IMG/VR virus record: IMGVR_UViG_3300033405_000002
Coordinates: 1 to 64,000 of that record
Length of the DNA: 64,000 nt
Source of the DNA: a virus
Taxonomy: Duplodnaviria > Heunggongvirae > Uroviricota > Caudoviricetes
Direction: 5' to 3' (one strand)
Part shown: piece by piece, positions 19,421 through 28,249 of the stretch
Layout: each line of letters starts with the position of its first letter
How positions within the stretch are numbered: the first letter of the stretch is position 1
The notes under the pieces: generated by a model
Seen by the model: the letters and a program-made list of their open reading frames with translations, nothing else
The model's database searches: none
What the model was told of the DNA's origin: nothing
Program-made: the position numbers and the translations under genes

Positions 19421-20860
19421 TTAGTCGCGGCTGGAGCCGAAGCCCTCTTCCGCTACGATATAGTCAATGCAAGACTCAGACCAGCCGTCGATGTGGCTCC
19501 AGCCGTTCTTGTAGCCCACACCGTTGCGCTCGTTTGCAACGTTGAGCAAGTATGCCTTGTTCCCGGTCTTGCGGAACGGGTTGCTCACGCTGTCGTGGGA
19601 CTGCTCGTCCGTGATTACGATCACACGATCAAGGTCAGACTCACGTGCTACCACAGCGCCCAGAGAGCGACCAAGGTAGGTGCCAGAGTGCGGCTGAGAG
19701 CGCTTGATTGCCTCGGCGAGGGCGAACCCACGACGAGTCGGAACAAGCACATCCCGATCAGAGAAAGAGTAGATTACAAGGTCGTCGCAAACTTCACGAA
19801 GCAGCATTGCGAGTGCAACTGCGGCGTCCACGCGCTGGAGATCGCTCTTACGAGAGATCGCCTGATCCATGGAGCCGGACACGTCTACGATGAGACCCGT
19901 CTTACCAGTCAGCTTCGGATGTCCTGCGAGGCACTTGAACATCGCCTCTTCAAGATAGTTCTCGAACTTCGGTGCGAACTTCGCGGCCGCGATGAAGCGG
20001 AACGGAAGCACGCGTTCGGTGTTCATCGTCTGAAGACCCTGCTTGATTACAGAGTCCGGCACGCCAGCTTCCTGCATGTTGCGCAGGTTACGGAGCATTG
20101 CCAGAGCACCAAGGTTGCCCTCAGTGATGAGACGAGTGAACGTTTCCTTCTTGTCAGCGCCAGCGGACAGAGCAACTTCCCACGTGTCCGGCGTTGCCAG
20201 ACCGACGAATTCCTTGTTCAGCGCACGGTAGGTGTTAGCAACCGGGAACTGAGCGAACTTCGTCTTCTTCGGCAGGTGGTCCTTGTTCGCAAGCTTCGCG
20301 AAAAGTAGACCAGTTTCCTTGTCCTTCGGCTTTGCGTGAACAAGCGCCAGCACGTCCGCGAGCTTAATGTCCTTGTCGCGGTTGTACTTCGCAAGCTGAT
20401 ATTCGCTGAACTTGTTGAAGGCCGCAGCCAGACCAATCTTTACCTGCTTGGAGAGCGGACGCTTCCCGCCGCCAAGCTTGTAGTAGATTGCCACGAACTC
20501 AGTGATTTCGTCCGGGCGCTGAATCACGCGAGCGAGCGTCTCCCCAACAAGCAAACGGTGCTGCTTGGAGGCAAGAGTCATTTCGTACACGATGAGTAGC
20601 GGCGCGTGGCGAAGCTTTTGCTCTTCGCGGGCCTTGATTGCAAGCTCGGCACACTTCTCAGCCGAAACTTCGCGGACGAGCGTGCGCATCAACGTAGCAA
20701 CGTCCTGACCGTTGCTGTAGAAGTTGTCTTCCCACAGCATACAGGCGTTGAGCAAACGCTGGAGTTGAAGCGTCTTGTTGATACGAACAGCAGGTGCGCC
20801 CTCAGCAGTCTTGACAGCCGGACCAAGGGCAGTACGAGTTGCGAAGTTGAGTTGTGCCAT
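19421..20860 (-). CDS. rsr: Ro60/Rsr RNA-binding protein (TROVE + vWA domains)
   Basis: LWEDNFY, AREEQKLRHAP, QRPDEITE, FSEYQLAKY, TWEV, LRNLRN, VLPFRF; vWA MIDAS DVSGSM and VITDEQ. Confidence 0.95.
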   Translation of the reverse strand: MAQLNFATRTALGPAVKTAEGAPAVRINKTLQLQRLLNACMLWEDNFYSNGQDVATLMRTLVREVSAEKCAELAIKAREEQKLRHAPLLIVYEMTLASKQHRLLVGETLARVIQRPDEITEFVAIYYKLGGGKRPLSKQVKIGLAAAFNKFSEYQLAKYNRDKDIKLADVLALVHAKPKDKETGLLFAKLANKDHLPKKTKFAQFPVANTYRALNKEFVGLATPDTWEVALSAGADKKETFTRLITEGNLGALAMLRNLRNMQEAGVPDSVIKQGLQTMNTERVLPFRFIAAAKFAPKFENYLEEAMFKCLAGHPKLTGKTGLIVDVSGSMDQAISRKSDLQRVDAAVALAMLLREVCDDLVIYSFSDRDVLVPTRRGFALAEAIKRSQPHSGTYLGRSLGAVVARESDLDRVIVITDEQSHDSVSNPFRKTGNKAYLLNVANERNGVGYKNGWSHIDGWSESCIDYIVAEEGFGSSRD

Positions 20861-20971
20861 AAATTTCGACCTCTCTATCGAAAATCCGTGTGTTATCGCT
20901 TGGTTCTACGCTATGTTTCAACACGGTACACAGGCAGCGTACTCACGCAAGCGTCCTGTTTCGAACTTTAA

Positions 20972-21095
20972 GTGCGGGGAACAAGCGTCACAGTATTTTG
21001 ACTAGGCCCGCGCCGCGACCCTTGAGTCGCCGGGGAGTCGAACCCCGCTCGTCTGCTTAACAGGCAGAAGTAACTGATGACTATCACCGCCGCAC
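20972..21095 (-). ncRNA. YrlA-like Y RNA with tRNA-like domain (Y1)
   Basis: Bulged-C terminal stem GTGCGG-C-GG/CC-CCGCAC; GTTACTTC motif; anticodon-like arm TCTGC-CTGTTAA-GCAGA; T arm CGGGG-TTCGACT-CCCCG; loop-closed acceptor-like stem GCGAC/GTCGC; immediately upstream of rsr. Confidence 0.85.
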
Positions 21096-21106
21096 AAGAT
21101 AATGTC

Positions 21107-21200
21107 CGCAGGGAACAAAAGCTTACGGAGAGGGCCAAGGCCCGTCAGCCCGAGGGCTGATTCATTGCGAGTGAAGTAACCGTCAGCAAACACCGCTGCG
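21107..21200 (-). ncRNA. Y-RNA-like ncRNA (Y2)
   Basis: CGCAG-C-GG-TG...ACGGTTACTTC; hairpins TTCA-CTCGCAA-TGAA, TCAGCC/GGCTGA, GGGCC/GGCCC; ...TGTT-CC-CTGCG. Confidence 0.8.
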
Positions 21201-21264
21201 AACGCAAAATTGTGTGAGGTCTAATTCTTGAAGGGAATCAAACCGTCAAAGTCTCTCTGATCTA

Positions 21265-21293
21265 GTAATACCGTATTCCCTAAATTTTGTCAA
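21265..21293 (-). promoter_or_regulatory. promoter of the Y-RNA/rsr unit
   Basis: TTGACA-N17-TATTAC, overlapping a CGGTATTA class B motif. Confidence 0.6.
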
Positions 21294-21305
21294 TTGTCGA
21301 ATTGA

Positions 21306-22304
21306 TTATTTTTCGCGGGGACGCCATTCGCGAACAACATCCGGCTCACCCATAGCGAGCTTGATAGCCGTTCGGTAGGCGCGGCGTGCGGTGGTCAACG
21401 GCAATTCTTCTTCAAGCACCTGCTCGAAGGTTCGAACACGGACGCCTTCTACGCTAACGTCCGTAGCCTGCAATTGCGCCTTTATTTCTGGCAAAATTGC
21501 ATTGTAAGTGTCGTAGGACTGCTCGGTCAGCGCCAGAAGTTTCTTCGTGAGTGTTTGCATGAACCCAGTTTATTCCGGTTTGAGCACGGCGTCAATGATT
21601 TGCTGCGCACGCTTCGATGGTTTCTTCGTTAGGAAGCCAGCCGCCGTTGCGTTCTCGTAGCTCGGCACTTTACCGTTAGGGAATTGATCGGCGGTGATGT
21701 CAAGAATCAGGCCACTTGGTCGGTGTTCCAGAAACCAATGCCTTCCGGTTTCGGTGGGGGAAAGTTGATAGGACACGTACATCGGTGTGAAGCCTTGCTC
21801 TTTGCCCCACAGATGATAAAACGCTTCCGTGGCAACATAGCAACAACCCCATGACGCCGTTGCGTTCTTTGGACGATGCTTGAGATAACTGCACTTGACC
21901 AAATGCGGGCCAAGCGCTGCGCGAATTCGTGTAACGATCTCCGAAGGTCTCACGGAGATTTAATACTGCTTATTTCGTGTGTTTTTTGATCCAGCGGAAC
22001 TCGATGGGTGCAAAGATGTCTTTGGCGGGAACGATCTCGGCTTCTCCCCGGCGCACGTGAGCCATCATGTGATTGTGCTGCGCCAGCCCAGCAACGCTGA
22101 TCTCTCGCTTGCACTGCCAGCAAGTTCGTTTGGAGTAAGCGGCTCGGCTCATACGGGCACCGCGAAGACTTGATCGTCTCCATGCTCAGGGCAAAACGGG
22201 TTGTCACACTCGTTGCCGTTCAAACAGAACGAATCATCTTCGATTGGGTCTTTGTTAGACTCCATCGGCGGCGCGTCGGTGTTGAAAATTTCCCCTAAGC
22301 TCAT
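21306..22304 (-). other. small hypothetical genes (21306-21560, 21570-21953, 21970-22152, 22149-22304)
   Basis: Tiled ORFs; 22149-22304 is a 51-aa acidic Cys-containing ORF read by eye behind a class A promoter. Confidence 0.55.
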
Positions 22305-22310
22305 GCCCCT

Positions 22311-22340
22311 AGTATACGGGATTTGTTGGGAAATCGTCTA
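22311..22340 (-). promoter_or_regulatory. class A promoter (TAGACG-N18-TATACT)
   Basis: CCGTATACTAG with the same spacing as the other copies. Confidence 0.7.
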
Positions 22341-22453
22341 CTTTTTGAACCTTGGAAATTCTCGTCTTTTCAAGCCCATAGTAGTGCTTCGCCCAACCAC
22401 AAGCGATGCACAGGACGCACAGGCGAACGTGTGTCTTTAATCCGGGAGCAAGT

Positions 22454-22969
22454 ATGGCACTCACCACAGGGTTTCAAGCAAACACGACTATCCATGCGGC
22501 TTTCTGGATTTACAAGCCTGATCCCACGCAAGACCCTGTATCCAAAGAGACTTTCATCGAAGTCAACTCCCTGCAATACATCGAAGCGAACGCGGCAAAC
22601 GTGCTTGCGAACATCACCAGCACTCAAGTAACAAGCAATGTCCTGACGGTGAATTTCACTATCATTGGGAGCGCGGCGTTCCGCGCTTACCAGCAGGTCA
22701 TCCTCAGCGGGTTGACAACCACAACGGCACTTAACGGTCAAATTCTGAGCGTGCTTAGCGTCACGCCCACATCTTTCACCGCGAGTTACACGGCGGCAAA
22801 CTACGGCCCCACCCCCGAAGCGGCGGGAGCCATCGTCACAGATTGTACGAACCGGATGTGCGAGCTTTACTACGCGGAAACAAGCGTCAGCACGTCGCAG
22901 GCACCGCGCAAGTTACAGGGCCCAGTAGCGGCACGGTTTATTTATGACATGGAGGTCTTGTTCTACTGA
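22454..22969 (+). CDS. putative virion protein with one beta-rich module shared with the 1804-aa protein
   Basis: GGAG RBS; module ITSTQVTSNVLTV...LSGLT...LNGQ...FTASY..ANYG. Confidence 0.65.
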   Translation: MALTTGFQANTTIHAAFWIYKPDPTQDPVSKETFIEVNSLQYIEANAANVLANITSTQVTSNVLTVNFTIIGSAAFRAYQQVILSGLTTTTALNGQILSVLSVTPTSFTASYTAANYGPTPEAAGAIVTDCTNRMCELYYAETSVSTSQAPRKLQGPVAARFIYDMEVLFY

Positions 22970-24096
22970 TGAGCACTGAGAATCCAATTCTGGATGCCCT
23001 TGCGGTTTCGCTCATTCTAAACCGAAAGGACAAGCCCGGTCAGGTTCCTTGGACTGAATGGCGAGACGAGATTGTGCTGGTTGGTGGAACGCCAGCGCAG
23101 GCGGGCAACCTTGCTTTGCTCGGCCCGGATGGAAAGTTTGATCCCAGCGTTATTCCGGGCGGCTCCGGTGGGTCAACCGTCTACGTCAACGGAACGCTAG
23201 TCAACAACCCGAACTTCAACAACACAACGCCCGCTGCTCCTGCGGGATACGCAAACGTGTTTTGGGTGTTCGACGGCAGTGGAAATGTCAGCGCGTATTA
23301 CGCAACGCCGCAACAGCCTCAAACTTTCATACCAGTGCCCCACGAATGGCTCACTGGCTACAACGCTACAACAGGGCTGTTCTCAGCATCGCAACCAAGT
23401 GCATCCGATCTGACGAACGGCACGACGGGCACCGGGGCGGTAGTGCTGGCGAATTCGCCGACCACCACTGGCACTCTGCAAGTGTCCAACGTCTACGTCA
23501 CAGGTGAATTGCTGGATGGCACAGGTTCACCGGGAACCAGCGGTTACATTCTATCTTCCACGGCTACAGGAGTAGAGTGGATTCCAAATACGACAGGCAG
23601 CACTTCGTTCAGTGCTATCACGTCCGGCACGAACACGTCCGCGACGATGATCGTAGGTTCCGGCGCAACATTAACTTTCTCCGGCACTGGCGTTGTCAAT
23701 GCCAATCAGATCGTCGGTGTGGCGGTCACGAATACACCCACAGCGACGAACCAAGTTCTTGTTACGACCAGTACGTCCACGGCTCAATGGCAGAACGCAC
23801 CGTCCAGTTCTGGAAACTTTTTACAGGCGCTTGTAGATTTCGGGTCAGATACCGGGCCCATTACTCGCGTGACTGACGCGGCGGTGTTTGTTCCGGCACC
23901 GTGGGTCACTTCTGGCAGTGTGATCCTTTGCACCTTAGCTGGCGCTACAACGCCGGAGCACGGTCCAGATGATGGTTTGCTTGAGGGAATGCTGGTTCAA
24001 GCTGAAAGTCTTGTTGCTGGTATAGGGTTCACGATCCGTGCGTACTCCCCGTTGGGAAGCTGGGGCAAGTACGCAGTAAACGCAGTAGGGCTTTAA
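22969..24096 (+). CDS. Thr/Gly-rich putative tail fibre/structural protein
   Basis: 375 aa, low charge, GTSGYILSSTATGVEW-type fibre motifs. Confidence 0.6.
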   Translation: MSTENPILDALAVSLILNRKDKPGQVPWTEWRDEIVLVGGTPAQAGNLALLGPDGKFDPSVIPGGSGGSTVYVNGTLVNNPNFNNTTPAAPAGYANVFWVFDGSGNVSAYYATPQQPQTFIPVPHEWLTGYNATTGLFSASQPSASDLTNGTTGTGAVVLANSPTTTGTLQVSNVYVTGELLDGTGSPGTSGYILSSTATGVEWIPNTTGSTSFSAITSGTNTSATMIVGSGATLTFSGTGVVNANQIVGVAVTNTPTATNQVLVTTSTSTAQWQNAPSSSGNFLQALVDFGSDTGPITRVTDAAVFVPAPWVTSGSVILCTLAGATTPEHGPDDGLLEGMLVQAESLVAGIGFTIRAYSPLGSWGKYAVNAVGL

Positions 24097-24112
24097 TAGA
24101 TAGGGGATACCG

Positions 24113-24973
24113 ATGGCAGTCCAAATCGTAGGTCAAAATGCGAGCTATGTAGCGAATGTAGACGTACTAGGGAATCTTGCCGTCAGCGCATCCCCTAATG
24201 CGATCTCTGCTACTTACGCGCCTTGGACCAGCGCAACGCTCATCAACAGTGTTATCCCACTTCTAACCGTTGGCGGGTGGGAAGCCGCAACGGTTTCGGT
24301 CAATCAAACGTCCACAATCACAGGCGGCTCGATTGTCTTTGAGGGGACATACGATGGGATTGACTGGCGGACACTTCCGAGTGGTTTGGTGCTCGATCCT
24401 GTCACATATACCACCGTAGCCAGCACCTACTCTCTTCAGCCGAACACGAATCAAGTCTTTTTGGTGGTCTCCGGCAGCTTCATGCAGACCCGGATTCGTC
24501 TTTCCACAATCATCAGCGGCACTGGCTCCGCAACGATCTACACGACGTTACTCTCTAAAAACCCGGAAAGCGCCGATGGTATTGTTACGGTCACGAATTT
24601 CCCGGCTCAGCCTAACATCTTCTATACAGGACAGATAACGGCTTCAGGCAATACGGCGATCTGGACACCCGCCAGCGGGAAGAGTTTCAGACTTCAACGT
24701 TATTTAGTAGAGGTTACGCAAAATGCCTCGCAATTGTTGCAGGGTGTGCTGACGGTTTCTTTCCAAGACGGAACTTCACCATTGCCCATTGCTCATGACA
24801 TTTATGTGCCCTCTACAGGTTTGAGGGTATTCCAGCCTGCAAGTCCGGGATGGATTGATCTTGGGTCGAATGGGATTTTAAGTTCAACTCCAAACAACGT
24901 TTTAAGTGTGAATTTAAGCTCGGCTTTGAATGCAGGCAACGTGCGCGTCATCGTGTGCGGAATAGAGCAGTAA
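24113..24973 (+). CDS. putative virion adhesin/lectin-like protein
   Basis: FEGTYDGIDW module also found twice in the next gene. Confidence 0.55.
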   Translation: MAVQIVGQNASYVANVDVLGNLAVSASPNAISATYAPWTSATLINSVIPLLTVGGWEAATVSVNQTSTITGGSIVFEGTYDGIDWRTLPSGLVLDPVTYTTVASTYSLQPNTNQVFLVVSGSFMQTRIRLSTIISGTGSATIYTTLLSKNPESADGIVTVTNFPAQPNIFYTGQITASGNTAIWTPASGKSFRLQRYLVEVTQNASQLLQGVLTVSFQDGTSPLPIAHDIYVPSTGLRVFQPASPGWIDLGSNGILSSTPNNVLSVNLSSALNAGNVRVIVCGIEQ

Positions 24974-24991
24974 AAAAAGAAGAAGGACACA

Positions 24992-27900
24992 ATGGCGATT
25001 AAACAGATAGTTCCGATTCTCATCACACTCGTTGGTGATGGTTCATCGACGACCTTCACATACTCCCTTCAAAACATGTATCAGGGGGGCGTGGGCGGCT
25101 CCATTCCTTACGGTTCGGGCATCGCGGTTCCACCTAGTTCAGTTGTCGTTAATAACCCGCCAGTAGCGATCACGTCTTCGACGGTTGATGCAAACGGCAA
25201 CATCACGATCACGTTTACGTCAGCCCCGGCGAACGGCGTGCAATATTCACTGGAAGTTGACCTCTATTTCACTTCGGGTGGTGCGACATCTTCTTCGCCA
25301 ACTCAATCTGAAAACGTCATCATTACTGGTGGTTCAGTAACCGTCACAGGCACCATCGCAGCCAACATTACTCAGATTGGCGGCGCGGCTCTGGCCCTAG
25401 GTCAGACCACGATGTCGGCGTCCATCCCGGTCACCATCGCATCGAACCAAGCGTCCTTCCCCGTCACTGTCAGCGGCACGGTAGCTGTCACACAGTCAGG
25501 ATCATGGACTGTAGCGGCAACGCAAAGCGGCACATGGACTGTGCAGCAGGGCGGTGCTCCTTGGTCTGACAACATCACGCAATGGGCGGGCAGTGCCCTC
25601 GGTGCGCCATCAAACTATGGCACATCACCGGGCGCAGTTGCAGTGCCGGGTGTCAACGCGTTTGTCACCAATACCGTCTCGGTCTCACAGTCAGGTACGT
25701 GGACAAACCGTATCGTCGGCAACACTGGTGCAACTCTTGACGCAACACTCGCGGCTGGCACCGCACCAACCAATGGCATCGCCAATCTAGTTCAGTACAA
25801 CACTACGCCGCCCGCTCCTACTAACGCTCAAACGGTCTCAACGCAGTCCGATCAGGCAGGGAACTTACTCAGCTTCCCCGGCGTTCAGGTCAAGACGGGT
25901 TCCGTGTGGAACTCCGGCACGACAGGCGGTACGTTCCAGTATCCAACGGGCACCACGACAGTGGGTCAGCCTCTCGGCTCCGGCTCCGTCATTGTGCAAC
26001 TCGATCAGTCTTCAGGTACGTTCTCCGCTGGTGCGGTGACATTCCAAGGGACTTATGACGGCACGAACTGGATCACTATTCCGGTCGCGCAGTTGCTCAA
26101 TCCCACAACTTTCGCGCAGTTAACCAACCCATATACCTTTGTCACAAGCACGAACACCGCGTTCTTGGTTGTGATGCAGGGCTTCCAGCAGATTCGTTTG
26201 AACTTGTCCACTGCCATCACTGGTACTGGAACGGTCACACCGAACTGGACGGTTCTGCCGTACATCATCTCCACCCCATCCGCAACGTCGTCTTCTGTTA
26301 ACGTTGCGTCGTGGGGCGGCACGGCGGTCACTGCGGCTACGGCTTACGGCACTGCTCCATCCGGTAACGTGGGCGCGGTCAACGCGTACATCACGAACAC
26401 CCCGGCTGTCACGGGTTCCGGCGAGTTCAACGTCAACGTCAACCAAGTCAACGGCGCGGCGCTAAGCGGCACCAACCCGTTATTCACCAACCTTTCAGAC
26501 GGCACCAACGTTCTGACGGCAAACGCCATCACCACGTGGGGCACCGCCGCAACTGGTAAGGTTCTTGGTGTCAACGCTGAACTATTCGTCGGCAACAATG
26601 CGGTCAGCGCCACGAACCCGGTTCCTGTTTCGGCGACCGCTGCGGCTAACACCGCAACGAACCCGATCTTCCTCCGCATCACTGACGGCACAACCGCCAT
26701 CACCGCTGCGGTAAGCGCTTATGGCACGGCCCCAACAGGCACCGAAGTCATGGGCGTCAACGCCTTCGTGACTAACACCGTCACGGTAAGCGGCACAGTC
26801 ACCGCCAACCAAGGCGGCGCTCCGTGGTCACAGAACTTGACTCAAGTTGCTGGCGTTGCGCTTGGCGCAACGGCGGTCACAAACTTCGGTACGGCTCCGG
26901 CCGCTACCGCAGTTCCGGGCGTCAACGCTTCCTTGTTCACTGGCACCACGGGTGTCGCGGCTGCGACATTTGGCACCACGAACACTGGTAACGGTATCCT
27001 GACCAATGCTTCTCTCTTCATCGGCACGACGGTCGCGGTCGCGGCTTCGGCTGGTGTGCAGAAGGTTGGTATCTCCGGCGCAACGGGTGTCACGCTCGAT
27101 GCAGCGCAGGCAACTGCGGCTCCGGCGAACGCGATCTCGGTCAGCGGTACGTTCAACAACAACACAGGTACGACTGGTGCTTTGACTGCTGGCAATGCTT
27201 CTGCGATCCAGTTGGACAACCACGGTCTAGTCCTTGTAGACGTGGCTTCCGCCAACGGCGCGGCAATGTCCGCAAGCAACGGTCTACTTTCGTCCATCGT
27301 TCAGGGCGGCAACACAGCCGCAGTCAAGGCGGCTTCAACCGCTGCGGTCGCAGCCGATCAAGCCTTGGTCGTTGCTATCTCCCCGAACAACGCTCTGTCA
27401 TTCGGTCAAGCAGGTACGAGCAACGCTACTGGTGCGGCTTGGACTTCAGGCACCACGCTCAACACGGCGCTTGCAGTTCTCAGCGGCACCTTCACCTATG
27501 ACTCCGTGGTCATCACGTTCAACCAGACCACGACCATCACAGGGGGTGTGGCAACGTTCGAAGTCAGCAATGACAACACGAACTGGGTAGGTATCAGCGG
27601 CATCAACCCCGTTGGTGGTTCACCGCAGTTCACGTACACGTTCCAAGCCAACACTTACATCAGCTTCGTGTTCAACACCAGCGGTTGGCAGTATTTCCGT
27701 GTCCGTCTGAGCACGGTCATCACAGGCTCAGGCACGGTTACGGTCGGCTACGCGGCTCAGTCCACGTCGAATGCGCCTATCACCGTCAAGGAAGCCAAGG
27801 ATACGGGTCGCACGTTCTTTGTGTGGTTCGTTGACGCAATCACTTCGATCACGGCTGAAGCTCTGCTCAGCATCGCGGTCAACAAAGGTGGAACGTTGCA

Positions 27901-28219
27901 GGCTGCATCTACGTCTTACACGGTTGATACGGGCAAGACGATGCGTCTGCAATCGCTCACGGCGAGCATTCAGGGAACCAACTCCACTGTGCAGTACGTT
28001 AAACTCCGCGTGCGTACAGGCGCGACGGTCACCACTGCATCCCCGGTAATCGCTGGCCTACTGGTCTCGTCATCTGGCTCCACCAACAACGCGGGCTATG
28101 GAGAATTCACCATTCCAGACGGTCTGGAGATTGCGGCTGGTCAGCAGATCGGTATTAGTATGGTGAGCGGCACCACAAACGGCGCGGTTACGTTCACGTT
28201 GGTAGGTTACGAATACTAA
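24992..28219 (+). CDS. large Thr/Ala/Gly-rich repetitive virion fibre/adhesin-like protein
   Basis: 1075 aa; repeats (N/Y)GT(A/S)P....GVNA; two F(Q/E)xxxDxxNW modules. Confidence 0.65.
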   Translation: MAIKQIVPILITLVGDGSSTTFTYSLQNMYQGGVGGSIPYGSGIAVPPSSVVVNNPPVAITSSTVDANGNITITFTSAPANGVQYSLEVDLYFTSGGATSSSPTQSENVIITGGSVTVTGTIAANITQIGGAALALGQTTMSASIPVTIASNQASFPVTVSGTVAVTQSGSWTVAATQSGTWTVQQGGAPWSDNITQWAGSALGAPSNYGTSPGAVAVPGVNAFVTNTVSVSQSGTWTNRIVGNTGATLDATLAAGTAPTNGIANLVQYNTTPPAPTNAQTVSTQSDQAGNLLSFPGVQVKTGSVWNSGTTGGTFQYPTGTTTVGQPLGSGSVIVQLDQSSGTFSAGAVTFQGTYDGTNWITIPVAQLLNPTTFAQLTNPYTFVTSTNTAFLVVMQGFQQIRLNLSTAITGTGTVTPNWTVLPYIISTPSATSSSVNVASWGGTAVTAATAYGTAPSGNVGAVNAYITNTPAVTGSGEFNVNVNQVNGAALSGTNPLFTNLSDGTNVLTANAITTWGTAATGKVLGVNAELFVGNNAVSATNPVPVSATAAANTATNPIFLRITDGTTAITAAVSAYGTAPTGTEVMGVNAFVTNTVTVSGTVTANQGGAPWSQNLTQVAGVALGATAVTNFGTAPAATAVPGVNASLFTGTTGVAAATFGTTNTGNGILTNASLFIGTTVAVAASAGVQKVGISGATGVTLDAAQATAAPANAISVSGTFNNNTGTTGALTAGNASAIQLDNHGLVLVDVASANGAAMSASNGLLSSIVQGGNTAAVKAASTAAVAADQALVVAISPNNALSFGQAGTSNATGAAWTSGTTLNTALAVLSGTFTYDSVVITFNQTTTITGGVATFEVSNDNTNWVGISGINPVGGSPQFTYTFQANTYISFVFNTSGWQYFRVRLSTVITGSGTVTVGYAAQSTSNAPITVKEAKDTGRTFFVWFVDAITSITAEALLSIAVNKGGTLQAASTSYTVDTGKTMRLQSLTASIQGTNSTVQYVKLRVRTGATVTTASPVIAGLLVSSSGSTNNAGYGEFTIPDGLEIAAGQQIGISMVSGTTNGAVTFTLVGYEY

Positions 28220-28249
28220 GCTACCTGACCCCTGATTGAAGGATAATTC

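Noticed and set aside
10556-20308. Long plus-strand ORFs (10556-11461, 12964-13743, 15229-16320, 19493-20308; likewise 50297-51274 on plus and 38538-39512 on minus)
   Set aside because: Antisense shadows of well-supported genes in GC-rich, codon-biased DNA
21015-21068. Bona fide tRNA-Asn(GUU) gene
   Set aside because: It has anticodon and T arms, but the acceptor-like stem is closed by a loop, there is no proper D arm or CCA end, and it sits inside the Y-RNA stem
18671-21200. CRISPR array formed by the GGGAAC...CACCG repeats
   Set aside because: Copies are irregularly spaced, separated by genes and conserved in structure rather than sequence; no cas genes seen
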